Source: Takakia lepidozioides
Taxonomy: Eukaryota > Plantae > Bryophyta
DNA length: 64,000 nucleotides
Assembly (NCBI GenBank): GCA_030704615.1
Contig: CM060734.1
Location: forward strand, 52,638,001 to 52,702,000
Reading direction: 5' to 3'
Shown here piece after piece: positions 48,681-61,960 of this stretch (position 1 is its first letter; every line of letters starts with the position of its first letter). A program made the translations under genes and the position numbers. The notes below the pieces were generated by a model. It made no database searches and was not told the origin of the DNA. It worked only from the letters and a program-made list of their open reading frames with translations.

Positions 48681-51614
48681 ATGTATGTCAATTGCACTGA
48701 CCAACACAGACAAAGAAAAACTGGCTGTTCTCTCTCCATACTCTTCCAATGAATGGATCAGACATGTAAAATGTTGAGATTCTCACACTACAAGATTAAA
48801 GTATAAAGTGACATGAACTTCAGGTCCAGCAGATCACTCTTACCGCCTCAACTGTGGCCCAGTGCAATTCCACAGAAGCTCGATAAGTCTCAATTGAGCC
48901 AGCAGGTATCACATAAAATAGCGATTCCTGGATCATTGTATGGAAATCATTTGAGTCAGCTTTCCCACAGATAGTACCAATTTGAACCTACAGATTTTGA
49001 CAATACCAAATTAGCTGAACAACTTGTCATAACCTGCTAGTGGATAGATTGTAAACTTGGTACCAACTTGGTCAGCCATGCATCTAAGAAAATGGACAGA
49101 CATGGAGATTCAAGTAGACAAGATTGATGAACAATAGCTGAAGTCATTGCATTGATGCCTGACTATGCACTCTCAATATCCTCGCAGTATTGGGGGTTTG
49201 AGGATATCGAGGTGCACCACAGGTACGGGTTAAATAGAAAGAGAACAGAGAAGGGCTATTATGAGTTGCATAGTCAAGCACTACTCATCGTCCCTTCTGG
49301 ACAAGAAACTGGAGCATACCTCAGTGAACTGGTCTTCCCATAACGGCTCCAAAACGCTACTGAAAGCCACTCAGGGGTTGCAGGAGCCTCAGCTTGTGCG
49401 ATCAGTTCACTGCCTAATGACTCCTTCAGAAAACGCTTGGCATAGTCATGGATTGGTAGAGACGTCTTCTTCAGCTTGGTACTGTCCACTGCCTTTCCCA
49501 ACACCTGAAAGATTCACGATGTCAAATCAAAGGATCTACACACACTGTAAATTGGTGTGAGTGAGAGCACAATTGCAAACATTAGGTGTGATTCCACCTA
49601 GCTTGCCATAGCTTTGTGGCCATAGAGCCATGCCTGGTTAACAGAGAACAGGAAAGAAAGGGGACAGGGGGACAGGAGGAGCACAGAATGCACCCAACTA
49701 CCTGCTTGTTCTAGTAGTGGGAACTGTGTGGTTGAAAAAGAAAGGAAGATAGACCTTAAATTATGGAGGACTCATGCATGGAGAAATCATGGAGAATCTG
49801 ATGTTTGTAAAGGGCCTCAAACAAACTCTAAAAATTATCATTCTCATCTTTGTGCAACTTTTCACACAAACTCTGAACGTCACCTGTCCTGCACCAGGGA
49901 CATCAACATCCATTGGATCAGCTTCAATATCGTGTATCTGAGCTTTCAGCTCGTGCAAAGGCCCAGTTTTCGGTTTGATCAACAATGCCTCAACTGAGCG
50001 CCAAAACTCATAAAAAGCATTTGACAGGAGGCGTGCCACTTTACGCTGTCCCTGATTCAACTCAGCTGCCAAAAAATCAGACTGCTGCCTTTCTTGCGCA
50101 ATCCACCGACAGAATTGGGCAGCAGCAGCTACTTTCCATAATCGCTCCTGCAAAGTTCCATTCACCAAATCAAGTTAAGGTGCAATGAAACCATGTATGA
50201 CCAATTGATGCCTCCTCAGAAACGAGAGGATCTCACAGAAAGGGACCAATGCAAGGTTAAAAACTCAAACTATTACTTTCTTGGCCACTGGGCAATGTAG
50301 TTTCGGACCCAGGTGCTGATGCTACCTAAGTACACCTGAAGGCCTGCGAGAATTACCACTGAAAGGGAACTTGGAAGGAGGGACCAGAAGACCCCATGTG
50401 ACTCAGAACCTGACAAGAATCGAAAGTCCCAAAAAAGTTTGAAAGTACCTGCATAACATCATTTGCCAGCCAAGCCATTTCTTCAAGTACAAAATCCCAG
50501 TGCGTCTTCACTTTGAAGGGGTCAGCCAGAGGCTCTCTCTCTGCCCACTCTGCTGTCTCCTTAATTGACGCCTACATGTTGGCACAAAAGACACAATTAA
50601 GATTTACAAAACCATCCTCAAAAGAAGGAAGTACCCCTTCTAAGGAAGGGGCTCTTGGACACTCACCTGGCCAACATCTTTGCTGCTGTCCAAGTACAAT
50701 CTGGAAAACTGGGTCCTTCACCCACTAACAAACAGCATCAGCTACACAATTGTCAATAATTGTTCTTCGCCAACTGCACTATCATACTATTTCGTTGAAT
50801 CATACATCCAACTGCGTCTTTCCTTTCATGGAAGTTGCTGGATATTAGGATGCAACCATCTCCACCAAGAAACAGTTGGCAGCGATTAGATTCCAGCAGC
50901 CCTCACACTTAGAAGGTTAGTTGACTTGCTTAGACTGAAGAGTCTCTCATCATCCTAGTGCATGTCTACTGTTAGCTAATTCACAAGAAGAAGCCATACT
51001 GCACCACACCAGGTTCATCCCTCATTGATGCATGACACTCAAATCTCCACCGACTAGCAGAGCAAGTTCTACCAAACCCACCTAACACTCATGTGAGTTC
51101 ACAAAATCAGCTAAAACTGAAGGCCACTAAATCACCAAAACACTTCCGTGCTAATTTGTGCCTTGTTTGAAAATTGAACATATAATTCAAACAATAGAGA
51201 AACACAACTAGTTGCCCAACCTTGATATGTTCAGCCTCTTCTAGAATGAAATCTTCCGGCGCCTTCTTTTACTTTGGTGAAAGATCTGCCTTATGCCTCG
51301 CCACTTCAGATTTTACAGTTCAATCCCGCTCCCTCCCCCAAGGAAGTACTATACCTGGAAACCTGCTATCTGATGATGCACCAGCAAGTGAAGTCCGGCC
51401 TACAGTTCTAACCCCACCTAAAACAGCAGATGCTTGCCCTCTAGCCTTAATTTCTTCCTGAAATGTTGCAGCTTTGCAGCTTCCTCTACCCACAGACTCA
51501 GCACTTAATGCAGGGAGGATCAGTACAAATGCACTCCAGCTGAAAAGACGTAGTTATTAGGTGGGGCCACCCTTTCAACCACATTTCACAGAGTAAGCAT
51601 CTCCTTGTTGTACT

Positions 51615-51652
51615 TCTCTAGTAGCTCAGCGGTTAGAGCAAATGGTCGTTAA
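51615..51652 (+). other. 5' half of a tRNA-Asn(GTT)-like sequence (SINE head or organellar insert)
   Basis: TCTCTAGTAGCTCAGCGGTTAGAGCAAATGGTCGTTAA: D-arm and GTT loop; no T-arm. Confidence 0.5.
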
Positions 51653-52140
51653 GTGCACTGAATATATTGGTGGAGGACTTAGACCCAAGAACAATGAACT
51701 CTTCCTTGTCCCATGCCGCTTTGAGGTCTCATGTCATTTGGTTCTTCGATTCTCTATTCATCACTGGGTATCATGTCTTCATGATCCTCCTGACTATGGA
51801 AGTCTTGGGGTGAGCTGAGGATGAAAAAAGAGGGACGGGCTAAACCTTTACCTTGTCTTACATGCGACCACAGACTCTCACATACTGCTCACAATCAAAT
51901 ACACCTATAACCTCCTTTGGGAGGAATGCCCCCAATAGATAACGACAACACAGGTAACATTACCATACAGAGGGTAGACGTGGATATTCAGTACATCTCC
52001 ATAGAAGGGTGAGTTCTCACTAAATACTTTGCCTTCTGCAAGCAAGCTAAAAAAATTGGAAAGGATAGAACAGATATTGTGAAGAATCAGACATTGCTAC
52101 ATAATGCCCGCCAGACTAGGCATCTACTCCACACCACCTT

Positions 52141-54042
52141 TCAAGACTTTGGACTAACACTTTCACTAACTTTCTCTAATGAAGCATCATCTTTGCTTTC
52201 TGGTTGCTCTGATACAATCTCTGTTGCTTTTGTGTCTGTTGAGAGCTGGACAGGAGGAGAGCCTTCCCACGCTGCTGATTCTGCCACTGCCCAACAGTAC
52301 AGCAGGATAAAGCAGTTAAGAAGTCTAATCTAGGAATATGTTCTAGTAAGAAACCTAGTATCTTTGCCTTGTACCTTGACAACAGTTTTCCCTCTGCAAG
52401 AATCTGTAGCACTACCAAACTAGTTCAATGTACATGGAAGCTACAACTCTTTCACCAGACATCCCCTGAGGTTGAAAGGCAATTGAAATCCATCAAGCTG
52501 CCAAAAGCACTCACTGAAAAGCAAAGTGTGGCCAACTACCTTGCTTGGGAGGTGCTGGAGGTGGCTGAATTGGAGGTTGCTGAACTGTGGTGGGAGCTGA
52601 AGTAGGAGGTTTTGTGCTAGGGGATCGCAGTTCATCCAGACCTATCTCTTGCTCCAAAGTATTCTTGAACTCTCTTGATACTTGCTGCCCCCCACAGCCC
52701 ATCTAATGAGCTCCTCAACATCTTGAAGTGCTGAATTGAGCATCAAACTAACTGTTACTCCTTTGTAATGCACCTTCTTGATGAGCAGTAAATCTCACAT
52801 TCCTCAAGTGTGAGAACTCCATGTTCGTTTGAGGGCCTGTGTTCATGGCATTGAGCCTCTGGCTGATTGTACCCGGGGCATACCCTCAGAATGCCACCTT
52901 CAAAACCCCTACCTGAGAACAATGGGAGCCGACATGCATGCCTCTCTCACCTGGAGCTCTTGGATGGTTGGTTGGAAAGCACGAAGTGACCTCCCCAATG
53001 TGCGTGCCACCTGCATCCACATTAGCATGCTCACTGACGTTGCTCCTGATCTCGATTGTTATTGATCTCTGCTACCTGAAACCTCGTATGAGTGGTTGTG
53101 CATAGAAACATGCCTATAAAAGTAGGTACAAATTTGTGTGATTTAGTACATGCGGGTGAGGGAGAGACAGAGGGACAAATGTATGAAGTGGTGGGACTTG
53201 CCTTTGAGATTGAAGTTGATTCTTGGGCTTCAAGATTTCCCCAGAAAGATATTTATCCTAGGGTTCACCGAGGTGAGGATTTACTGCATTTAACGTTGTC
53301 TTGAACAGAGCAAAAAGGATTGCATGACAGCCTATACAATGCTTTCAGAGAAGGTCTCTTGTAACAAATACAATGCGTCAAAAGCTATTTACGGTCCTCA
53401 CTATCATGCCCACAAATGGGACTATAAACACCCTTTTCCAGTAGGATTGTGGGGAGAGCCGTATTTTGTTGTAGCGAAGTGGCCATAGATCCTACGCACA
53501 GTTTGGGCGGGAGAGAGGGAGAGAGAGAGTACCTCGGCAAGACCTTTGGGGCCAAACACAAGCAAAGCCACTACTGCTATAACCAATGCCTCTGGTGCCC
53601 CAACTCCCAGCAGCGATGCTTGCACTCCTCGTCCCCCAGTTAGCTTTATCTGCATGTTCTTTACTGTGCCACATAGAGAGAAGACAAAATTGACACAAAT
53701 TCAATTACTTGAAAAACACTAGCTGCCACAATTCTGCAGGGATGGTCAAAATATATAAGAAGAGTACTGCCTACCCTGCCTGGAAAGAGAAAAGGGCGGA
53801 CCAGTGATGAGCTGACCGAGGTGGGAGCGGCCTTCCCACGATACCATGGAGTTCAGCCTACTTGCTCCGAGTGACGCAGGGCCAGATCTGCTACAAGACC
53901 TGGGACGATTTGGGTATCTGGCGCATACTCGATGTAATTGAAGGCAGGCAAAGGAAAAACTATGGGTGCATAATTCCTCCCTGGTAACTGGAGAGGAGAG
54001 AAGTAGGTAAGGTCTTGAAAATGCAGCTCTAGCCATAGTCAT
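52141..54042 (-). CDS. HCF106: Thylakoid Tat translocase subunit TatB (HCF106), 5 exons
   Basis: Exons 54042-53775 (transit peptide), 53663-53533 (ASLLGVGAPEALVIAVVALLVFGPKGLAE), 53010-52951 (VARTLGRSLRAFQPTIQELQ), 52684-52540 (VSREFKNTLEQEIGLD), 52286-52141. The last junction is less certain. Confidence 0.88.
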
Positions 54043-54874
54043 ATCTGTTTTTTCAGCCCTTCAAAACCACCCAACGCTTTCTACAACCTCCTAAAGCTCT
54101 CTCCCTCTCTCCCTACACGAAATGAAAGCTACATCAAAGGGATTTTCCACAGCCTACTGCAGACCTCTCACTTTGCTATTGAGTATGCTAGCTTGTAATG
54201 GCTAGATTCCTTCTACCCACCTTTTCGACATTTGGATGAACAGACGTTGGATGATGACCGTTGAAAAAGGACTTGGATGAAACCAGCTGGAAACAATCTA
54301 GTTTTAAACTAAGTATTGTCTTATATTAACAGCTAGTTTATCTCTAAAATAGAATGAGGTGGCGTCCTATCCGGATAGACACCAAGATGGAATCCAAATA
54401 ACCAATCAGGGCTTGCCACTTGGTTAGATGAGATTGTGGGCCTTCGTTTATAAAAGAGATCAACACGACGCTTAAGGCGGCGGTGTACGTTTGGTGTGTG
54501 TAAACCCTATTGTACCTGTGTGTGATTCTTGGATGAAGAAGGTGTGAGTGAAGAGGTGATGTTAGTCTATGTGAATAATTCTAACTCCTCTTCGTTGGAT
54601 CCTGCCTATCTCGCTAGCCTGCTTTACCGAGCACACATCCCCATGATAGCTCAATACCCGTAGAGGAAGAGGAATAACGGGGTGGGCGAGAATCTTGGTG
54701 GAGATTGGGGGCAAGATTTTGTTAATCATTAGTTGCACATTCCTTCCTTGTACGTCAGGTAGTTGTACACTAACACTGTTATCGTGGCGGCGCTCTACTA
54801 TTTCAGTTCCCGCTCGTGTTTTTGCTTGCTCCTGGCTTTCACAGTATCTGCTTGCGTTTCTGTAACCTGCGGCA

Positions 54875-57800
54875 ATGGCCTCGTCTTCTACTCCGCCAAC
54901 TGACGCTGAGCTTAACGCGTACAAAGAAACTCCCGCTGGTCATTTTGAGTCGATTTTTGCCGGCATCGTGTTGATTATCCGCCTCTTGGTAAATTGGTCC
55001 TCGACACGCCTTCTGATCACTGGGTGGCTCAGTTTGAGTTGACCGCTGCGTTGGAGGGTCTGAAGCCCACCCACACTCCGCAAGAAGAAGCGGAGTAGCG
55101 GCGAATGTGCATCCAAGCTTTTGAAGGGGCCAGAGCGGCCAAGGCCCTGCAGCGTCTTTTTGCTGCGGAGATAGCACGCAAGCTTCCATTACCTGAGGCC
55201 AAAGACAAGCTCTTGAAGGGTTGGTGGCTCTCGTGGGCTGACGTTGGTGTTCCGCAGTTCACAGTAGCTGGGGAGGTTTCTGGCGAGTGCTAGAACTTCC
55301 TTCCGCCCAATTTACCCAGTGCGCATCGTCTGTGGGAGCTGGTGAAAGGTGGCAGTTCTCTTGTCTTGGCCAACCTGAGGCCTACCTGGAAACCTGACTA
55401 CAATGTGGACATAACTTCGGATGACCATGTTGCAGGCATTCCCGTCTCTCGCTTTCCTCATACTGTGCATGATATTTTGATTTTCCCTGCTATTGTGTTT
55501 AGGCAGGAAAGATTGGGTTACTACTTGCCTGGATTTCCTGTTAGTGATTATCCGGTGCATACACTGCTTGCTAAAAAGAAGCTTATCCGCTCCATTGTTC
55601 GAGTGGCTTTCTGGCTCAAAATGGACGAAGAACTATGGCACTTTCTGGGTGAAGGTGTTTACATGCTTCACAAACACAGATTCATAAGTGGCTATTGCAT
55701 CAAGGACTGGGAGTCCAAATTGCGGCCTGCACGATCCTCAAGCAGAAGGTAACCACTTTGTTTTTAACAGACATACTACAATGCCCGTCACTACTCGGTC
55801 TGGCAAGGAGCCATGGAATGTACTAGATGAGTTGGGTGATGTGGATCTTACTGATGATGTGAAAGTTGATAGTGACACTCTTCCTGATCCTATGTCTGAA
55901 ACCTTGTCTCCCGAGGAGCCACTGCCAGGTGATGATACCAGTCCGACCCAAGGGGTCCCTCTAGCCTCTGGTAATGTGCCTAACCTCAATATTCAGGGCA
56001 CTTGCGATGCCATGGCTACATTGTCTAGTTGTCCTGCTCTTATGCAGCTCTTTTTGGATAAGCAAGTAGGTTTGCCCTCAGTTACCAAGCTCAAGGAGGT
56101 CCATCGTGCTCACAAACGGCCTTATCCTGACTATGAGGTAGGCCAGGACTTTGACAACTTCCTCAATTTTTTTGAGATGAGTGTTAAATTCAATGAGCTG
56201 CCAGCTTCTATGATTACTGATTCCTTTCGTTTTTGTCTCAAAGGTGAGGCTCATGACCTCTTTGAAGCTAGTATCAAGGATCAGGGTGAGTTGGGAGTGG
56301 CCAAGCAGTTGGCACTTCAGTTGTTTCGTGCAGACACGCCCATCAACTACACCATGTCCGATCGTCCTTATCAACCTAGTGAGAGTATCTGGAAATACTA
56401 CACTGACTTGAAAACCACAATGGTCAAGGCCATTCCGGTACTTTCTGAACGCACTGCCATCCTTAAAACCTATTTCATTGTCGGATTACCTGTCTCTAAT
56501 CAAGTATACCTACAAAAACATCCTTATCGCAATGACAGGCATATGGTAGAGATGATGGATGAGCGCATGAGGTTTAAGAATGCTAAACTAGGCAAAAGTT
56601 GTCTGCATATTAACCCTATGACTTAACCTCCATATCACCTTTCTCTCATAGAACCAAAACAGAATCAAGAGCTGCATACTCAACTTCAGGCTGTCAGGGC
56701 AGAAGGATCCTAGAGGGCCGCACCTACCAAGCCTCCTCCTGCTGACTCTCATCGTGGCCACACTCAGACTGGCCCGCGGTATGAGGTTCAAGGTAAACGT
56801 GTGGCATGTTTCATTTGTGGATCACTTGAGCACTGGACCCGCTTCTGCACCTATGCCGCTCTTGTCCCTGGTATGATTGAAGAACACAAACGAATTCAAC
56901 GTGAACAGAGGGGCAAACAGCCTTTAAACGAACCAGATCGCTTGTGAAAGGGCCAAGCGGTCAGTATCCCACAAACCCTTCAAAGGATGACTCCATTGTT
57001 TCTGTGATGTTGTCCAATGAATTCAAATTGATGCATTGTGAAGCCAATAGGAAGCTTAGGAGGGAAAGAGTGCACCCTCTCATGACTCAATGTCATATAG
57101 GGCACCTATCGTTTTCATGTGTTGTTGACACACGTTGTACCATGTCTGTTGTTCCATTGTCCGTGGTTCGACTACTTGGTCTCAAACTCACTCCAGCCAC
57201 AGGTCTACAGGTGACCATTGCAGATGGCACACGTTATGAACCCTTAGGTTTGGTCACCATCCCTATTAAGGTCAGTTGCAAGTCGGTCACACTAACTTGT
57301 ATCGTTACCATTGGTAAGCAGTTGCTGTTAGGCTTGGATTGGATGTGTGCTGCAGGGGCCAAGATTGATGTGGTTGAAAACATCATGTGGCTTGCCAGTG
57401 GTAGCTCCTCCCCCCACAAGGTGCAACTCAACTATGTCTCCTTGCCTGCTGGTTGTGCCACTGCGCATCTCTCTCACATGCGAATCCTTGTTGCTGAAAC
57501 AAGACGGCAGGCTGGTGAGCAATACAACTGGACACATTACTTTAACTTTGCCAAGACGGCTCCTTCCACCTTGTATCAGTGGCAGCCACCTTTGCCTGGT
57601 AAGAAGAGTGGCCCTCCCATTCCAATCCCAAGTAACGCCACTCTTCTACGCAATCCCACTGAGTTTATTATACCTACCTCTTCCCAAAGGATTGTTTCTC
57701 TTGGCCTCACCTTTCTTTGTCCACAAGGTCGTTTCTTGAAGTCGAGGGGTGGAAACGCTTGATGCTTCCCAAACACTGTTTGATTGCATCTGGGGTTCTG

Positions 57801-60800
57801 GATCGGGGCTTTCGAGGGGGGCTCAGATTTCTTGTTGCCAACCCAGAACGCATACCTATCACCATCCGCACGGGTCAGGTCCTCGCGCGACTCACTGCCA
57901 CCCCATTGACAGATTTAGGAGAGGTGCAACATGCTTTAAGTTTTGTTGACATTGGCTTGTCTGATGATCCTGTAGATCAATTGCATCTCTTGGCACAATC
58001 AGTGGCTGCACCCAAGGTCAGTCCCCTCACTTATGCGCAATTTGTTCATCTTGACCAGGTCCTGACTGATATCAAAATGGGCTCTAGTCTCACTGAAAAT
58101 GAAAGGTCTCGTCTATATCATGTTATTCGTGACAATCTTGATGTTTTCAGTGCTGGTTCTCATGACTTGGGATGTACCGAGGTTCTACATCATGACATTG
58201 TCGCTGAGGGTAGCCCTGTCAAATAGTATGCTTATAGAGAAAGCGTCAAAGAGCGCGAGATTATGCAAACCGAACTGACCAAGATGCTTGATGCAGGAGT
58301 TATTAAACCCTCTATTTTCCCCTGGGCCACCCCCATCGTGTTGGTTGCCAAGAAAGATGGTACCACCCGTTTCTGTGTTGATTTCTGACGTCTCAATGCC
58401 CTAACCAAAAAGGATGTATATCCCTTACCTCGCATTAATGATACTTTGGATCAACTCAATGGTGCCACTCTCTTCTCTTCCTTGGATCTTGCTGCGGGCT
58501 ATTGGTAGGTTCCACTCACAGAGTCAGCCAAGGAGAAAACTGCGTTTACCTGTAAGATGGGCCTCTTTCAGTTTGAAACCATGCCTTTTGGATTATGTAA
58601 TGTCACTGCCACCTTTCAACGTCTGATGGATGTTGTTCTAGAGAACTTGCGCTGGGAATGTGCATTGGTATATGTTGATGACATCAACATTTACTCAGCT
58701 GACTTTGATTCTCATATACTGGATCTGAAGCGCGTTTTGTGCAGACTTAGAGGAGCAGGCCTCAAAGTGAAAGCCAAGAAATGTGATCTGTGCATGACGG
58801 AGCTTCATTTTCTTGGCCACCTTCTCTCAGCTAAAGGCATTAGCCCTGACCCTGTCAAAATTCAGGCTGTCTAGGAATATCCCACTCCACGTGATAAAAA
58901 TTGTGTCTGTGTTTTCCTTGGGTTAGCCTCTTACTATCGTCGTTTCATTAAACACTTTGCTCACATTGCTGCTGCGCTTAATCACTTGTTATGCAAAGAT
59001 GTTCGTTTTCTTTGGGGCAGGTCCCAAATCACTGCTTTTGAGAAATCAAAATTGCCCTCACCAGTGCACTCATTCTGGTCTTTCCAGACTTTTCACTGCC
59101 CTTTATTCTTCAGACTGATGCCTCTGACCTCGCTGTTTCAGCTATTCTATGCCAAAAGAGAGATGGCAGGGAACATATGGTGGCCTATGCTTCCAGGCGG
59201 CTTAACAAACATGAAAAGAACTATAGCATCATTGATAAAGAGGGCCTTGCAGTCATTTTTGGGGTGAAACATTTCAGGCAGTATCTCCATGGCTGCCCCT
59301 TTGTTATTCAGACTGATCATCTTCCGTTGAAGGCTCTCAAAACCCCACGAGCACTCTCAGGACGCTTGGCTCGGTGGTCACTTACTCTTCAAATGTTCGA
59401 GTACGACATTGAGTACAAGAAAGGCAAAGCCAACAGCAACGCCGATGCTCTCACACGCACTGAGACTAAGTCCTCTGCCCCTTATGTTACCTTAGATGAC
59501 CTTGCACACTGCTTACCATCTGGTGCTTCACCCTTGCCTTCTTCCTCTACTGACGGATCTGATTTACTTGTTTTGTTTGCCATTGTTCTTTTTCTTCCAC
59601 CTGATCTCATGTCTGAATGGGATTTGTTTTCCTTTTCTGCTGGTTGAGGTTGGTTTGGAGTGTTGTCCTATCACTGCGGTCATATTCTAGGTATGATCTC
59701 ACTCTCTCTTCTCTGATTGAACTGTCCATTTCTCCTTCTAGTTGTGGTTTTGGCACTGAATCCTCTCCATAGGGAAATTTGCTTTTGTGCTTCATTGTCC
59801 TTGGTTGCATCTTCATGAAGTCTCCCTTGTCATTCAGTTGAGCAAAAAGCCTTCCCCTGGAAATCACTGAGGCAGACACTCCGTTATGCTCACACTAACC
59901 CAAGGGTTGGCTATGGCAGCTGCAACCATGGAGGACCTACTTCACCAAGCCATCCTCCAGAAGTGTAAGACCGACACTCATCTGTCGGGCCTCTCTTCCC
60001 GTCTCCTCAGGCAAGTCAACTATCATATCCCCTCTCATCGGGAGCATGAAGGTAAGTTGCTTAAGGTAGTTCCTGTTCATGGGAGAGACTGTCGTGGAGG
60101 TCCCTACTAGGAGCTCTATGCCTGCATTGCTTGAGCTTTACCATTGCTCACTATATGCTGGTCATCTAGGCATTGACAAAATTGTCAAGCGACTCCAAGA
60201 AAAGTACCATTGGAAGGGGTTAACTAAGGATGTGGCAGATTTCATTTCTAAGTGTGTTCCATGTAAGTCTAAAACACTGCTGCCTAGGACCATAGCTCCT
60301 CTTAAATTACAACCAATTCCGGTGACTGAGATGTTTGCCCAAGTTGGTCTTGATCTTGTTGGACCCCTCCAAACTACGACTAAGGGCAATAACTACATTG
60401 GTGTGGCTACTGATTACCTGTCTAAGTGGGTTGAGATCCGCCCATTGGTTGCTAAGGACAGTGACGAGGTGGTTCAATTCTTCTTTGATGAAATCCTGCT
60501 ACGCCATGGTTGTCCCCTTGAAATTTTAACTGATCAGGGTACGGAATTTTGTAACCAGCTAATGGAGGTTGTGTGCTTTAATTTAGATGTCAAGCATCGA
60601 TTGACTGCTCCCTACAACCCCGCAACGGGCTTACAGAGAGATTCAACAAAACCATGTGCCAGTTGTTAGAAAAGAACGGGGCTCTCACTTAAGAATGGGA
60701 TGTTACTCTACCCATTCTCATATTTGCCTACAGGACCTCGGTACATGCCAGCACTCGCTTTTCCCCTTTTGAATTATTGGCTACCCCTCTTCATGTCCCT

Positions 60801-60900
60801 GTGCTTCAAACTCAGGTTGAGGAGCCCATCATATGGGAAGACTTTCTTACTCACCTCACTTCTCATCATTTGCGTTTATTAGAGACTGGCTAAACACAAC
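54875..60900 (+). mobile_element. Decayed Ty3/gypsy retrotransposon (extra ORF, gag, PR, dUTPase-like, RT, RH, IN); LTR pair not found
   Basis: Gag from 55781 with CFICGSLEHWTRFC; PR VVDTRC; RT MPFGL..YVDD; RH TDAS..VAYASR..TDH; IN H..GH..C..C, GLDLVGPL, TDQGTEF; many stops. Confidence 0.93.
56923..56929 (+). other. -1 ribosomal frameshift slippery site (T TTA AAC) at the gag/pol junction
   Basis: Heptamer is in gag phase; gag stops 5 codons later; the -1 frame is open into the protease ORF 56944-57762. Confidence 0.75.
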
Positions 60901-61142
60901 ATTCAGGTTTCTCAAGTTTCTCTAGGCCAGACTGTTTGTGTTCAGGTTGCACACCTCACAAGATAGGGTTTTTCCCCAACAAGGTTTTGCCCTTCGCTCA
61001 AATTGCAGAGCAAGGTTTTCCTTGTTGTGGTTTTTTCATCCTATCTTGGTGTAACCTTGAGTGACACTGCTCCCTATCTTGAGCCTAGTGTTTGTTAGAT
61101 AGCTCGCTGGAGCTCGCCTCTCTGTGTGCCAGGAGGCTTTAC

Positions 61143-61213
61143 AGGCTGGTAGCTCAGCTGGTAAGTGCACAGTATGTCGCCCTGGTGGTTCAGGGTTCGA
61201 ACCCCTTGCCCTG
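61143..61213 (+). other. Degenerate tRNA-like sequence with Pol III A and B boxes
   Basis: TAGCTCAGCTGG ... GGTTCGAACCC at tRNA spacing; acceptor and anticodon stems are imperfect. Confidence 0.55.
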
Positions 61214-61960
61214 TGCGGTGTGTGGATTGTTCGTGACCGGTTGGTCTGGTGGCAATGTTTCCCTCCTGTGTGCCTAATGGCTTATCTGAAAGGGGGTTAA
61301 TTTTTCCCCCTCCTTAAGGGCCTGAATTGTGACCAGTCGCTCCCAGGTTTCCTTTTATTTTTATTCTTTTAAAAAAAATCTTGACATTTATCCAGGGCAG
61401 ACTGGAGTCATGGATATCAAAGAAACATGAACTCTGGGGTGCAATTGTCTCGGTGTCATGCCATTAGATTGCACAATCATCTACCCTGTCGAATTAACCT
61501 TCGCCATTGAAAGACGGTCTCTTACAGACCGCCAATTTCCACTCACAGCCAACACTAAAAAAAGAATGTATTCATTGACTATTCTATGTGATTGTGTTAG
61601 ACACCACATTGTGGTTATGGTTCTGTGGGCTGTGCAGTTGTAAGCTTAGGACCCACCGTATCATTAAACTCATTTCAGATTGCCACTGGGCTCACGCAGC
61701 CAAAAATCCACTAAGAAGGGATTCTGTAGTGATTGATCATGTCGCATCTACCAATGTTCACTAACCATCTATCTTCAGCAGATGAAAGAGAAGGAGAAAC
61801 TATTTCATAACGTCCATAAGAACTTTAAAGGTATCACCGGGGAAATGAAAACTTTGTTGACATAAGACAGGAGTGAAAAGCTGTGATGGACCTCTGAGTT
61901 CCTGCCAAAGAGAGTGTGTGAGAGAAGAGTTCATTAACAGATTAGGAGTGGCTATGGCAG

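Larger units (their letters stand above)
44247..51530 (-). pseudogene. EAF1: Chromatin modification protein EAF1 (HSA + SANT), truncated internal fragment
   Basis: Exons about 51530-51221 (EDFILEEAEHIK, 2 stops), 50571-50449 (HWDFVLEEMAWLANDVMQ), 50147-49884 (ERLWKVAAAAQ), about 49504-49320 (YAKRFLK..AEAPATP, frameshift), 48927-48844 (ESLFYVIP), about 45654-45430 (TAG), about 45087-45030 (PWSSSEEQ), 44327-44247 (LVHDLGPNWELVSD). Confidence 0.88.

Noticed and set aside
52374-52394. Extra micro-exon in HCF106
   Set aside because: Its phase does not fit the final exon, whereas exon 4 joins the final exon in frame.
54400-61350. LTR pair and PBS for the gypsy element
   Set aside because: No matching direct repeats found by eye; TGGCGGCGCT near 54785 could not be assigned to a tRNA.
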